Source: Verrucomicrobiota bacterium (lineage in GTDB: Bacteria; Verrucomicrobiota; Verrucomicrobiia; Verrucomicrobiales; DEV007). Taken from it: DNA of 25,477 bases. Under the pieces are notes generated by a model that ran no database searches, was not told the origin of the DNA, and worked only from the letters and a program-made list of their open reading frames with translations. The stretch lies in the NCBI GenBank assembly GCA_045046875.1, contig JASFYY010000026.1, positions 1 through 25,477 of the forward strand. The letters are read 5' to 3'. Each line of letters begins with the position of its first letter. The stretch's first letter is position 1. This document shows, in pieces, positions 1-9,180 of this stretch. A program made the translations under genes and the position numbers.

Positions 1-85
1 TTGAGGAAATATTGCTGCTACGATAAGAGGCGGCGAAAAAATTATCATGAATCTTTCTACGCTCTTGCCTTAAGTTGACGCGTAT

Positions 86-261
86 GCCTTGCAGGGCTGA
101 AAAAATTGGATTGTTTACCCAGCGCTTCGCACTGGGCTATATCATTGAGCACCGTTGGTGCGAAAGAGATGAAAGCAAACTGTCCTGAAAGGACAAAATG
201 TGATAGCCCGGGGCGAAGCGCTGGGGTTAAATCGGTTTTATTACCCGCCCTAAAGGGGCGG
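86..261. repeat. Composite palindromic REP/REPIN-like element
   Basis: 23-bp inverted repeat with 2 mismatches: CCCAGCGCTTCGCACTGGGCTAT (118-140) and ATAGCCCGGGGCGAAGCGCTGGG (203-225). Short hairpins at GCCTTGCAGGGC (86-97), GCACC-GTT-GGTGC (149-161), TGTCC-TGAAA-GGACA (181-195) and CCGCCC-TAAAG-GGGCGG (245-261). Intergenic, downstream of cls. Confidence 0.75.
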
Positions 262-382
262 AATGATCTTGACGGGTGATAAGGTAGCTCCCAATAGCCA
301 ATGGTTAACTTTTTTGTCCTGCTTCCCTTCGCTACGCGTGAACAAGTTGCATAACTACAGCCTATTTCTTATTTATCTGCTT

Positions 383-1837
383 TCACAATACCGGCCCCAG
401 CATCGCGATTGCATTATTCCACAAGCGTTCTCGCAGTGGCCACTGCGCCACCATTTCCCTGGTCACTGGATGCGCTTGTGCCAAATACGTGTCCTGACGT
501 TGACGCATTTCAGCAGTTAAACCCGAGTCGAAAAACAATATATTGTTCTCATAATTCAAATCAAAACTACGACGGTCCATATTAGCAGATCCAATCAAGG
601 TCACCTCACCATCCAAGGTCAAAGATTTGGTGTGCAGCAGGCCCCCTTCGTATTCGAAAATCTGAACCCCTGCATCGAGCAAGTCAGCATAATAACTGCG
701 ACTGGCTGCCCCCACAATCCATGAATCATTTCGCGCTGGAAAAATAATAGTCGTCTTCACTCCGCGATAGGCACTTGAACACAGGGCATTCTGCATCGAT
801 TCATCCGGCACATAATAGGGCGTAGTGATGACCAACTCCCGGCGTGCTGCATACATCAAAGTTTCGAACACTTCAGGCATGGCCGAATGTCGCACCGTGG
901 GGCCGGTTCCGATCACTTGCGCAGTGAATCCTAACTTATTATCTGTTATCGGTTGTTTCAGAAGTTCATCAAGATCCTCATCCACCTGCGCCATCCAGTC
1001 ACTGGCGAATAAATACTGATTCTGCCGTACAATCGGCCCTTCTAAGCGCATCAAGGCATCCACCCAAGGAGCAAATTTCGCTTTGACTCGAAACTCCGGG
1101 TCCGCACAATTTTGACTGCCACAATAGGTGATGTGATTATCAATCACCACGATCTTGCGGTGATTGCGCAAATCAATCCGCCCTCTCAGAGGTCGCAATA
1201 AAGGATTGCCAATCGGCAGCGCTGTAGCGACATGAACTCCCGCATCCCGCATCGCCGTCCAATGTTCGGAGGCTATCATCGCCCGCGAGCCCAGACCATC
1301 CGCCATCGCCCGACAGGTAACTTTACGTCCCGCGGCTCGTTTTAATGCTTCCACTACCTTGAGTCCGTTATTGTCATCCAACCAGATGTAAAATGTCAGG
1401 TTCACATGATCTTTCGCCGCATCGATATCCTCAACCATCAAGTCGATCGCAGTATTGGAATCCTTAGTTAAATGCGCCCGATTACCCCCCACCGCTTTAA
1501 ATCCGTTGACCGAATGTCCGACCTTGAACAAATGCTCATAACGCGCAGGAACTTCCGCTTGGAGATTCTGCGCATCCATACCCACGATCTCTGCCATCTG
1601 CGGCATCGCTTCAATCACCTTATTCATGCGGTCCACCCTCCGATGCCCGATGTTTGTTTCCCCCAACAAAATATAAGCCAGTATGCCCAGACCAGGCACC
1701 ACCACGATAACCACCACCCAAGCCACCCGCGAAGCCGGCTCCCGATGCGGACGCACAACGGCCCGCACGATAAAAGCAAAAATAATAAGGATATACAAAA
1801 TCGACCACATAAAAGAAGGGAAGACGCTATCACTCAT
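383..1837 (-). CDS. cls: Cardiolipin synthase (phospholipase D superfamily)
   Basis: 484 aa with two N-terminal hydrophobic helices and two HKD motifs (RNHRKIVVID, LHTKSLTLD). Also has GSANMDRRSFDLNYE and TPYYVPD, typical of ClsA. Confidence 0.95.
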   Translation of the reverse strand: MSDSVFPSFMWSILYILIIFAFIVRAVVRPHREPASRVAWVVVIVVVPGLGILAYILLGETNIGHRRVDRMNKVIEAMPQMAEIVGMDAQNLQAEVPARYEHLFKVGHSVNGFKAVGGNRAHLTKDSNTAIDLMVEDIDAAKDHVNLTFYIWLDDNNGLKVVEALKRAAGRKVTCRAMADGLGSRAMIASEHWTAMRDAGVHVATALPIGNPLLRPLRGRIDLRNHRKIVVIDNHITYCGSQNCADPEFRVKAKFAPWVDALMRLEGPIVRQNQYLFASDWMAQVDEDLDELLKQPITDNKLGFTAQVIGTGPTVRHSAMPEVFETLMYAARRELVITTPYYVPDESMQNALCSSAYRGVKTTIIFPARNDSWIVGAASRSYYADLLDAGVQIFEYEGGLLHTKSLTLDGEVTLIGSANMDRRSFDLNYENNILFFDSGLTAEMRQRQDTYLAQAHPVTREMVAQWPLRERLWNNAIAMLGPVL

Positions 1838-1865
1838 TTTTCACCCTTTTAAAACTGCCGCACCG

Positions 1866-3716
1866 TTAATTTCCCTTCGAATACGGCATTCCTGCATGCA
1901 GGTAAAGAATACGCCGAATTTCCTCATTCGAATCCCGGTTGCGGGTGATCGTGGTGTGCTTGGCATGAACGACTTTCTCCGACACCGCATCATCCAAATG
2001 AGCACTCCAATAAGGAACCACCGTATCCGTGCTATCTTCTAGCTTATCCTCAGGGTTATCCCGTCCAACTATGGAGTGCATAACGATCCCCTTTCTCACC
2101 TTTTGCTCCAGCACCGTCATCAACTCAGGCGCATACGGATCCAAATCCTTAATGCCGTCCGGCCTTGCGCTGATCAGCTTCCTAGCTACATCGCTCATTC
2201 CCTCAACAATCGGGATCGAAGTGGCCGTTAACGCCTTGAGCGGAAATTTGATCAAGGCAATGCCCAGTTCTCCAATCGAACTCGTGGCGATACCGCTTCC
2301 CCGATGAGGCGCAGCCACAAAAACTGCACGGGACAGATCGGGATTAGCCTTATAAATGAACAAACTTTTAAGCGCAGATTTCTGCTTTTCACTGAACCCG
2401 TCAATTTGCTCGATGGGTTTAGTAAAAAATTTAGAAGTGAATGTATCCCCACTGTCTCGAATCTGAGCATTGGTAAGAAGCCCACCCATGCTGTGACCTA
2501 CTACGACCATGTTTCGCATCGCGGGATTATTATGACCGGGGTCATATTTCTGCTGAAATTCTTTCAACGTTCTTCGCAAATTGGCTGAACTGTAGGGGAT
2601 CGGATAACCAGTGGGGTAAGAAAAAACTAAAAACTGGTAACGTTCGCGCAATTTCGGATCCGAGCTGAGGTGATTTAGTGCCACAAGCCAGGTCTTCGGA
2701 CTCGACATCAAACCATGGACAAAAATCACCGGGATCTGATCATCACGAAAGGGCTCTAATTCGAACAATCCCATTTTGTCGGCGTATTTTTCAGGATGCA
2801 TCAAACCACCCATGCCCACATTCTGCTTGGGTAGATAATTATAAAAAATCGCCAATGGCGCCGAACGATCAGCGGACAGAGGAAGTTGCCGCCCTGCGAT
2901 ACGAATCGAGTCCCTGAGCATCAGATCGTGAAAAGCCAAATCCACCTCGTCTCCAGCTGATGAAAAATCAAGCGTAGCATTGACTGGCAGAGCCATTCCC
3001 AGGGGTGACAGGAAAGGGTTTTCCTTGCGCCGTTCAGGTTTGCCTTCCCGATGCCCCACCAAAGCAGCGCCTACCCCTTTACTGATATTGCGTTTGAACT
3101 CCACATCCTTGAACTCCATGTAATCCGCAGGGTAGATGTCATCGTAAAAAGTTGGGTCAATAATGCCCGCACCGCTCTTGCGCAGATTAATACGATATGA
3201 TTTATCCGGCCCCGGATACACCGCTGACGCATCCCACGGCTCCTCGGGATCGAACAGGATGCGCACCACTTCCTCGGTGCTGGTATTATACGCTTTAACC
3301 CATTTATCAGTACCAGATGAAATTTGGGACACTTCAAAACCTTTAGCAACAGCTACCTCCGCTGCCGCCAAATAATAGCCCACTGCTTTTTTGGGATCTT
3401 TTTTCTCCACTCGACGGGCTGTGATAGTGCAGACCTCTATCAAGGACAAACGACCGATGGCGGAAGGTTTGCCCTTAAGATGTTGACGCAGTGCCACCAC
3501 CAGCCCCTGTGGATTTTTTTTGTAATCGCCGGGCAGGTTCTCCCTCTTCAGGTAAGCATCAGCTTCTGCACTAAGTCTTTTTTGATCAAGCAAGGCCGCC
3601 AATGAAGATGCGCTCCCCACCCGACCACTCCGTTTTTTAACGCCAGGACTGGCACAGGATACAAAAAATACGACCTGCACTGCAAACAGCATATAGAAAA
3701 AACTTATTTTTTTCAT
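1866..3716 (-). CDS. Alpha/beta-hydrolase (esterase/lipase-like), probable lipoprotein
   Basis: 616 aa. Signal peptide ending in a lipobox-like FFVSC; oxyanion motif FVHGLMSSP; nucleophile elbow GHSMGG; APHRGS; DTVVPYWSAH and a C-terminal His. GGAG lies upstream of the start. Confidence 0.85.
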   Translation of the reverse strand: MKKISFFYMLFAVQVVFFVSCASPGVKKRSGRVGSASSLAALLDQKRLSAEADAYLKRENLPGDYKKNPQGLVVALRQHLKGKPSAIGRLSLIEVCTITARRVEKKDPKKAVGYYLAAAEVAVAKGFEVSQISSGTDKWVKAYNTSTEEVVRILFDPEEPWDASAVYPGPDKSYRINLRKSGAGIIDPTFYDDIYPADYMEFKDVEFKRNISKGVGAALVGHREGKPERRKENPFLSPLGMALPVNATLDFSSAGDEVDLAFHDLMLRDSIRIAGRQLPLSADRSAPLAIFYNYLPKQNVGMGGLMHPEKYADKMGLFELEPFRDDQIPVIFVHGLMSSPKTWLVALNHLSSDPKLRERYQFLVFSYPTGYPIPYSSANLRRTLKEFQQKYDPGHNNPAMRNMVVVGHSMGGLLTNAQIRDSGDTFTSKFFTKPIEQIDGFSEKQKSALKSLFIYKANPDLSRAVFVAAPHRGSGIATSSIGELGIALIKFPLKALTATSIPIVEGMSDVARKLISARPDGIKDLDPYAPELMTVLEQKVRKGIVMHSIVGRDNPEDKLEDSTDTVVPYWSAHLDDAVSEKVVHAKHTTITRNRDSNEEIRRILYLHAGMPYSKGN

Positions 3717-3817
3717 TTTATCTCCAATAATAAACCCAACACATACCGATCTGTATCACCGTAAGCCCATTAATAGTTCTCACTTCCTCAAAAAGAGATA
3801 CCCCATAGCCGCCACTC

Positions 3818-4915
3818 CTACAACAATTTCTCCAAAACCCGTCGATAGGGCGCACCCAACGTGAGCGTTTCTAACTCTGTCAGGTCAACCCATTGCCTGC
3901 CTTGCTCAGAAACGTCAGCCAAGCTTCCCTTCACTTGATGCACATAAAGGGTCACCCGGTATTTAGTGATCGAATATTTCAAGATGAGCAAAATCCGCTC
4001 CTGGTCCGGGGGGCGTTCATTTGTCTCCGCTCGGCTCAAAGCCGGCAGCTTCCACATACCTTTTCTACGCGATCCCGATTCTAGTTCTAATAAAATTGCA
4101 TCCTTGCGCCTGGCAAACAGCACATCCTCCTCAAGCAAAACCGTTTTCTGCCGTGGTTTTTTCACCGGCAAGGACTCGGGATCGCGGGTGACGCAAAAGC
4201 GCGCGACAGGACAGCGGTCACAAAGCGGCGCGGCACGTTTGCATAGAGTCTGTCCGAGTTCCATCAGTGCCGAATTATACTCCCGAGATTTGGCGTTTTT
4301 ACGCCGTGGCATCAGTTGGCCTGCCAGATCCCAAATAGTTTTTGATCCTCCACTGCTGTCCACCGCTTGATCAAAATCAAAGATTCTCGCCAGAACCCGG
4401 GCGACATTGCCATCAACGATGGCCGCCGGATGATCAAAGGCAAAACTCGCCACCGCTCCTGCGGTGTATGGCCCCACTCCGGGTAACTTTTTGATTTCTG
4501 ACACACTGTCCGGGAACTCACCCTTGAGCTCTGTTTCAATCAGGCGCGCTGCCGCTTGCAAATTCCGTGCACGTGAATAATAACCCAATCCCTCCCACAG
4601 TTTTAATACCTCCTGCGGCGGCGCACAGGCCAGGGTTTGAGTGTCCGGAAAACGCTTCATCCAACGATCGTAAAACCCACGATCCAATACGGTTGCAACC
4701 TGCGTCTGTTGCAGCATCAATTCACTGACCAAAATCGCATAGGGATCCCTGGTCGCTCGCCAGGGGTATTTTTTTGCGTTGATGGCAAACCAATTGAGCA
4801 AACTTTTACGGAAAGCGCGACCACCGTCCGCCAGACTATCCCTGCTTTGTTTTGCTTTCTGTTGATTCAAATGACTCACTGCCGCTAGCCTGTCATCAAG
4901 CGCGTCACAAGTCAT
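3818..4915 (-). CDS. mutY: A/G-specific adenine DNA glycosylase MutY
   Basis: Motifs VSELMLQQTQV, GLGYYSRARNL, HhH LPGVGPYTA, VDGNVARV, the [4Fe-4S] motif CKRAAPLCDRCPVARFC and a C-terminal NUDIX-like domain. Start uncertain: the ORF is open to 4951, ATG at 4915 chosen. Confidence 0.93.
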   Translation of the reverse strand: MTCDALDDRLAAVSHLNQQKAKQSRDSLADGGRAFRKSLLNWFAINAKKYPWRATRDPYAILVSELMLQQTQVATVLDRGFYDRWMKRFPDTQTLACAPPQEVLKLWEGLGYYSRARNLQAAARLIETELKGEFPDSVSEIKKLPGVGPYTAGAVASFAFDHPAAIVDGNVARVLARIFDFDQAVDSSGGSKTIWDLAGQLMPRRKNAKSREYNSALMELGQTLCKRAAPLCDRCPVARFCVTRDPESLPVKKPRQKTVLLEEDVLFARRKDAILLELESGSRRKGMWKLPALSRAETNERPPDQERILLILKYSITKYRVTLYVHQVKGSLADVSEQGRQWVDLTELETLTLGAPYRRVLEKLL

Positions 4916-5061
4916 CGGGATTTTCCATCTTTTACCGCAATATTTACACAATTGGATAAAGTAGCAGTTGCGGGAAGCTCAAAATCAAGCAAATTAGAAT
5001 ACCGAACAATCAAGTTTGGTAAACTTTCTCCCTATCCTTACTAACTACTTTTCTATACCAC

Positions 5062-5370
5062 ATGGCTACTATAACCAAGCGCGACCTTGTCGTGCAAATC
5101 AGTAACGAAACAGGGCTCACCCAACAACAGGTTTTTGATGTGATCCAACACACGGTTGAAAATATCACCCGCAACCTGGCCCAGGGCGACGACGTGGTGA
5201 TTCGCAACTTTGGCGCCTTCAGCGTTAAAAAAACCCGCGCCAAAGTGGGGCGCAACCCCAATCGCCCAGAGGACGAAGTGGTCATTCCAGAGCGTGCGGT
5301 GGTGAAATTCAAACCTGGCAAGGAATTGAAAGAGCGTGTTGCCAAATTGCTGCCACAGCTGGTTCACTGA
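5062..5370 (+). CDS. HU/IHF-family nucleoid DNA-binding protein
   Basis: 102 aa with TKRDLV, IRNFGAFSVK, VGRNP and VVKFKPGKELK, the canonical bacterial histone-like signature. Confidence 0.95.
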   Translation: MATITKRDLVVQISNETGLTQQQVFDVIQHTVENITRNLAQGDDVVIRNFGAFSVKKTRAKVGRNPNRPEDEVVIPERAVVKFKPGKELKERVAKLLPQLVH

Positions 5371-5408
5371 GCCCGTGCGTTGCATTGCGGCAATGCAAAC
5401 TTAAAAAT

Positions 5409-6476
5409 TCAGCCACTAAAGACCCCACCGGGTCCCGCCGCCTGTGCGATTCGTTGCATGCTACCTGGCGGCAACAAACGGCCGGTACGCTGACGCAATT
5501 GCTCGATCAAGGCTCTGCGCCTTCTCTGCTCAGGCAGCTGTCCCGCTTGCAAGTCTCCGGCTTTCAACAGCAAACCATCACGCCAGATCCAGGCTTCTTT
5601 TTGCCACGGCCCCACCACCGCCGGGTCAGTCCAGGTGTGAATCGATATCAGACGCTCTGTGATGGCGGCAGCCAAATGCATCGGCCCACTGTCAACGCTG
5701 ACCACCGTGTCCACCTGACGCATTACCCAAATCAATTGAGCCATACTGGTCTTGCCCATTTGATCAATCACATTCGCAGGCAAGGTTTCCCCCTGCCAGG
5801 ATTCGGCGCCAAGTAATAACACCCCTGATTGCGGCGCCTCCGCCTGTAGTGTTTGACAAAATTCCATCACCTCCAAAGCTGTCAGCGATTTGCCCTGACC
5901 TCGGGAAAATGGATGCAAAGCTATCAGCGGACGATCCATTGGCAGAGAATCGATCACCTCACCCTCCGGTAGTTTAAAATCCCCAATGCCAGCCTTATTA
6001 GCATCTGCCCCCAATGCCTTGGCCAGATGCAGATAACGGTCAATGGCGTGCAACCGCGCACCCTGGGGAAGCTCTATTTTTTCATCGTAAAAAAAAGGCG
6101 CGCCCTCCCGTGCCTGGCTAAATCCGGTAATCGACGCAGCCCCACTGGCCTTGGCAAGCAGAGCCGAGCGCAACAAACCTTGAAAGTCCAGCACCCGGTC
6201 AAATTGCAACGGCGCTAGATTATTTTTGGCCCACTGCCGAGCCTGCAGCAAAGCACCCATGCCACGGAAGCTCTTTCGCGGAAAGGCAATCACCTGCTCC
6301 AGATCCGGATTACCCTGCAATAGAGGAGACCACTCCTCATTGACCAACCAATGCAATTGCCACGCAGGAAAAGCGGCTTTGATCGCTGCTACCGCTGGCA
6401 AGGTGTGGATCACATCGCCAAACGAGCTGGGTTTGATCACCAGAACGCGCTCTTTTCCGGCGGGTTCTTCAATCAT
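5409..6476 (-). CDS. Glycosyltransferase family 9 (LPS heptosyltransferase WaaC/WaaF-like)
   Basis: 355 aa with motifs VLVIKPSSFGDVIH, LDFQGLLRSA and VDSGPMHLAAA. Confidence 0.9.
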   Translation of the reverse strand: MIEEPAGKERVLVIKPSSFGDVIHTLPAVAAIKAAFPAWQLHWLVNEEWSPLLQGNPDLEQVIAFPRKSFRGMGALLQARQWAKNNLAPLQFDRVLDFQGLLRSALLAKASGAASITGFSQAREGAPFFYDEKIELPQGARLHAIDRYLHLAKALGADANKAGIGDFKLPEGEVIDSLPMDRPLIALHPFSRGQGKSLTALEVMEFCQTLQAEAPQSGVLLLGAESWQGETLPANVIDQMGKTSMAQLIWVMRQVDTVVSVDSGPMHLAAAITERLISIHTWTDPAVVGPWQKEAWIWRDGLLLKAGDLQAGQLPEQRRRRALIEQLRQRTGRLLPPGSMQRIAQAAGPGGVFSG

Positions 6477-6521
6477 CAGGCGGGAGTTTGGATTGTGATC
6501 AACTTGCGGTTTTCACCGCGT

Positions 6522-7244
6522 TTATTTGCCAACCGCCAGTCGGTTAGCCAGCATTTCAGGCAGTCCGGCATCGATGATCTTTGACTGCGCGGTTTTCAAA
6601 TCATAATCCAGACGACGAAAAGTGACCTTTTGATTTCCTACATCGTAAATCGCATAAGAAGACCTCCAGTCCCCGTCACGAGGTTGGCCAACACTTCCCA
6701 CGTTGATGAAATATTTTTTCGCCGGGTCAATGTGTGCTTCCTCGCCGTCCATCACTTCCACACTATCCCCCTTGGCATAAACTTTCGGTGTATGAGTGTG
6801 GCCATAAAAACACACCGGGGTGAACTGGTAACTGAAGCTCGCCATGGCGTCGAACTTGTTGGTCACATACCCCCAGCTGCCTGGCGTATCGAGGGTGGCG
6901 TGCACGATAGTAAAATGACGCACCTGACGCACCAGCTTGACGTTCATCAGATACTCCTTGTCGTCACGCGATAAATTATCACGCGTCCACTCAAGCGCTT
7001 GTTTGGCCAGCGGATTCATCCCTCCCAAGGGAGCGGTGGTCGAAGCCTCTTCGTCATGGTTGCCCTTGACCATGGGGCAATCAAGATCGCGAATGATCTG
7101 CAGGCATTCATGGGGGTTGGCATTATAGCCAACCACATCGCCGATACAGACAAAATCTGTACAGTCGTTATCTGCCGCGTCGGTTAAAACGGTTTCCAGT
7201 GCCTCTAAATTGGCGTGTATGTCTCCAAAGATGGCGAATTTCAT
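6522..7244 (-). CDS. Calcineurin-like metallophosphoesterase
   Basis: 240 aa with metal-binding motifs GDIHAN, GDVVGY, GNHD, GHTH and NVGSVGQPRD. Confidence 0.92.
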   Translation of the reverse strand: MKFAIFGDIHANLEALETVLTDAADNDCTDFVCIGDVVGYNANPHECLQIIRDLDCPMVKGNHDEEASTTAPLGGMNPLAKQALEWTRDNLSRDDKEYLMNVKLVRQVRHFTIVHATLDTPGSWGYVTNKFDAMASFSYQFTPVCFYGHTHTPKVYAKGDSVEVMDGEEAHIDPAKKYFINVGSVGQPRDGDWRSSYAIYDVGNQKVTFRRLDYDLKTAQSKIIDAGLPEMLANRLAVGK

Positions 7245-7269
7245 TGCCTGTATATTTTCTCTACCAACT

Positions 7270-7299
7270 ATTTTACCACATGCGTTCTTTTCAAGACAA
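7270..7299 (-). promoter_or_regulatory. Putative sigma70 promoter (extended -10) for the metallophosphoesterase/GT9 genes
   Basis: Minus strand reads TTGTCT-N18-TAAAAT, with TGTGG immediately before the -10 (TGTGGTAAAAT, TRTGn-type extension). It lies about 25 nt upstream of the ATG at 7244. Confidence 0.55.
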
Positions 7300-7422
7300 C
7301 ATCTTTCTCAGCAAGCGAGTTGAGAACTGAAGCACAACCTGACCGAACCGCAATGGCTTGACCAAAAAAATAAGCGCGTGTTGGCAACCTTATTACAGTT
7401 AAAAGGGGCATGCGTCGAAAAT

Positions 7423-8247
7423 TTATTTGATATGGATGCCACCAGGAAGTCTTTTCTTCTGCTTTTCAGCTCGCTCCCGGCGCAGAACGTCCGGATGAAT
7501 TTCTGGAATTCTCTGAATCAGGGGGATATTCAACTTCTCCTCCAGCTCTTTCAGAGAAGCAATCACAGAGGGTAACCGGCGGTGTTTTTCGCCTTGGTCA
7601 TACAGCTCCCGCAGGTAATCGTAAGCCTCGCGCTCTTTGCCTGGACAAAGGGCCAGCAAATATCCCACAAATCGAATGGTGTAAGCTGGCGCATCGGGAC
7701 GTTTATTAGCTTCACGATAAACTTCGGCCGCCGCACAGAAGTCCTTTTTTTTCTCCCGCAGCACAAAACCCAGATCCAACCAGGGTTTGGCCGTAGCGGG
7801 ATTGTTTTTTATCCCCTGCTGGAGGAATTCGATGCCTTTATCTATATACTGCTGGCGCAATTTTTCCCTTAACCCTAGTGGAATCGACTCATCGACCTCC
7901 ACACTGGCACTGGCATTGGCCCACATATGCCACCCCCCCTTGATCCAGTTATCCACATCACGCGGCTCCAGCGTGGTGATCATCCGGTAATCCCGCTCCA
8001 CCGTCTCCCAATCGGTCATCTGCCACGCCTCATGCGCGTGCAGCACCATGTAGATCGATACCAGTGATCTCAAACCTCCCAATGCTGCCAGCGTGGCCGA
8101 TTGCCCCAACTGTTCACGCAGGGTCTCACCCGGCGGCGCTAAGAGCAACCCGTCCTCAGTCAATTGACTGGTTAATTGTTTCTCCCAAGGCACCCGCAAC
8201 ATTCCGCTGACCAGCAGTAATACGAAGACCATGGAATATTTTTTCAT
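7423..8247 (-). CDS. Membrane-anchored/exported TPR-like hypothetical protein
   Basis: 274 aa with a hydrophobic N-terminus and helical TPR-like segments (ITTLEPRDVDNW; KGIEFLQQGIKNNP..PWLDLGF). Lies 27 bp downstream of the ABC permease. Confidence 0.7.
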   Translation of the reverse strand: MKKYSMVFVLLLVSGMLRVPWEKQLTSQLTEDGLLLAPPGETLREQLGQSATLAALGGLRSLVSIYMVLHAHEAWQMTDWETVERDYRMITTLEPRDVDNWIKGGWHMWANASASVEVDESIPLGLREKLRQQYIDKGIEFLQQGIKNNPATAKPWLDLGFVLREKKKDFCAAAEVYREANKRPDAPAYTIRFVGYLLALCPGKEREAYDYLRELYDQGEKHRRLPSVIASLKELEEKLNIPLIQRIPEIHPDVLRRERAEKQKKRLPGGIHIK

Positions 8248-8274
8248 TATTGAAAAGGACGGAACCCAGCAGCC

Positions 8275-9180
8275 TCAAAACTCTTTATCTGAAAACAAAA
8301 ACCACGAAGCGATGGTGAATATAGCCACATACATCAGCGCCAGAGCGCTCATCTGGGTGACCAGGTTCAATGACACCGTTTGCCCGCCGGAAACGCTGTC
8401 AGCAATATTAAAAATCTGAAAGTCCGGAATCACCAGCACCAGGATTTTGCCTAAAATCCTGGTGATCATTCCTCCCTGCTGCTCCACCACCCAGAAATCC
8501 GTAGCCATTTTGTGAAAATGCCCGATCAAGAAAATCACGAAGCTGATAATGATGGTGAACAGCGAACTGGAAGCAAAAGTGGAAACCAACATCGCCACCG
8601 CCGCCAGCACCGCCGATTTGAGAAACACTGCCAGCACCGCTATCAACAAATTCAGATCCGGCCCGTATGCCGCGATCATTGCCGCTTCACTGGCCCGGTC
8701 TTGATCCGTATAACGTGGATTTTGGGCCATGTGGGCCATCTCACTGGAGATGATGCTGTATTCCTGGAAGTATAAAATCACCGAGAAAAAGGCATACATC
8801 AAAGCCAGAGCCACCCCGATCACCAACAACACCCCCATCAACTTACCCACCAAATACTCCAACCGCGGCACCGGCTTGGAGAGAATCGTGTAGAGCGTGC
8901 GATCCTCCAGATCGCGTGGGATCAAAACCGCCGTGGCGCTGATCGCAAACAACCAGGAAAAAATCGACATCGCGCCCAGCGACGTTTCACGGATCACCTT
9001 CAACTGCTGCACCGGAGTGTAGAGCAAGTTCAGGTTACTGGCCGCAATCACTAAAACCGCAAACACCGCTAAAAAATAGAACGTCTTCATCCTCACCAAT
9101 TGGGTGAAGGTACTGCTCGCCAGAGTCCACACCCGCTGTAGTGAAAAGATCGGTGGGCGGTAATTAGCTGTATCACTCAT
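8275..9180 (-). CDS. ABC transporter permease (ABC-2 type)
   Basis: 301 aa with about six hydrophobic segments and the motif RDLEDRTLYTILSKPVPRLEYLVGK. ATGA overlap with the upstream ATPase. Confidence 0.88.
   Translation of the reverse strand: MSDTANYRPPIFSLQRVWTLASSTFTQLVRMKTFYFLAVFAVLVIAASNLNLLYTPVQQLKVIRETSLGAMSIFSWLFAISATAVLIPRDLEDRTLYTILSKPVPRLEYLVGKLMGVLLVIGVALALMYAFFSVILYFQEYSIISSEMAHMAQNPRYTDQDRASEAAMIAAYGPDLNLLIAVLAVFLKSAVLAAVAMLVSTFASSSLFTIIISFVIFLIGHFHKMATDFWVVEQQGGMITRILGKILVLVIPDFQIFNIADSVSGGQTVSLNLVTQMSALALMYVAIFTIASWFLFSDKEF

Noticed and set aside
1..78. Possible gene fragment at the left edge (plus-strand frame ending at 78, or a minus-strand start MIIFSPPLIV at 48)
   Set aside because: Too short to assign strand or product.
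263..520. 85-aa plus-strand ORF
   Set aside because: Overlaps the cls 3' end on the opposite strand, starts at the edge of the repeat element and has no recognisable motif.
4983..5014. AATCAAG direct repeat upstream of the HU/IHF gene as an autoregulatory IHF site
   Set aside because: Neither copy completes the WATCAANNNNTTR consensus, and a 7-bp repeat in AT-rich DNA can arise by chance.
5010..5385. Two minus-strand ORFs of 110-111 aa
   Set aside because: Antisense shadows of the unambiguous HU/IHF gene.
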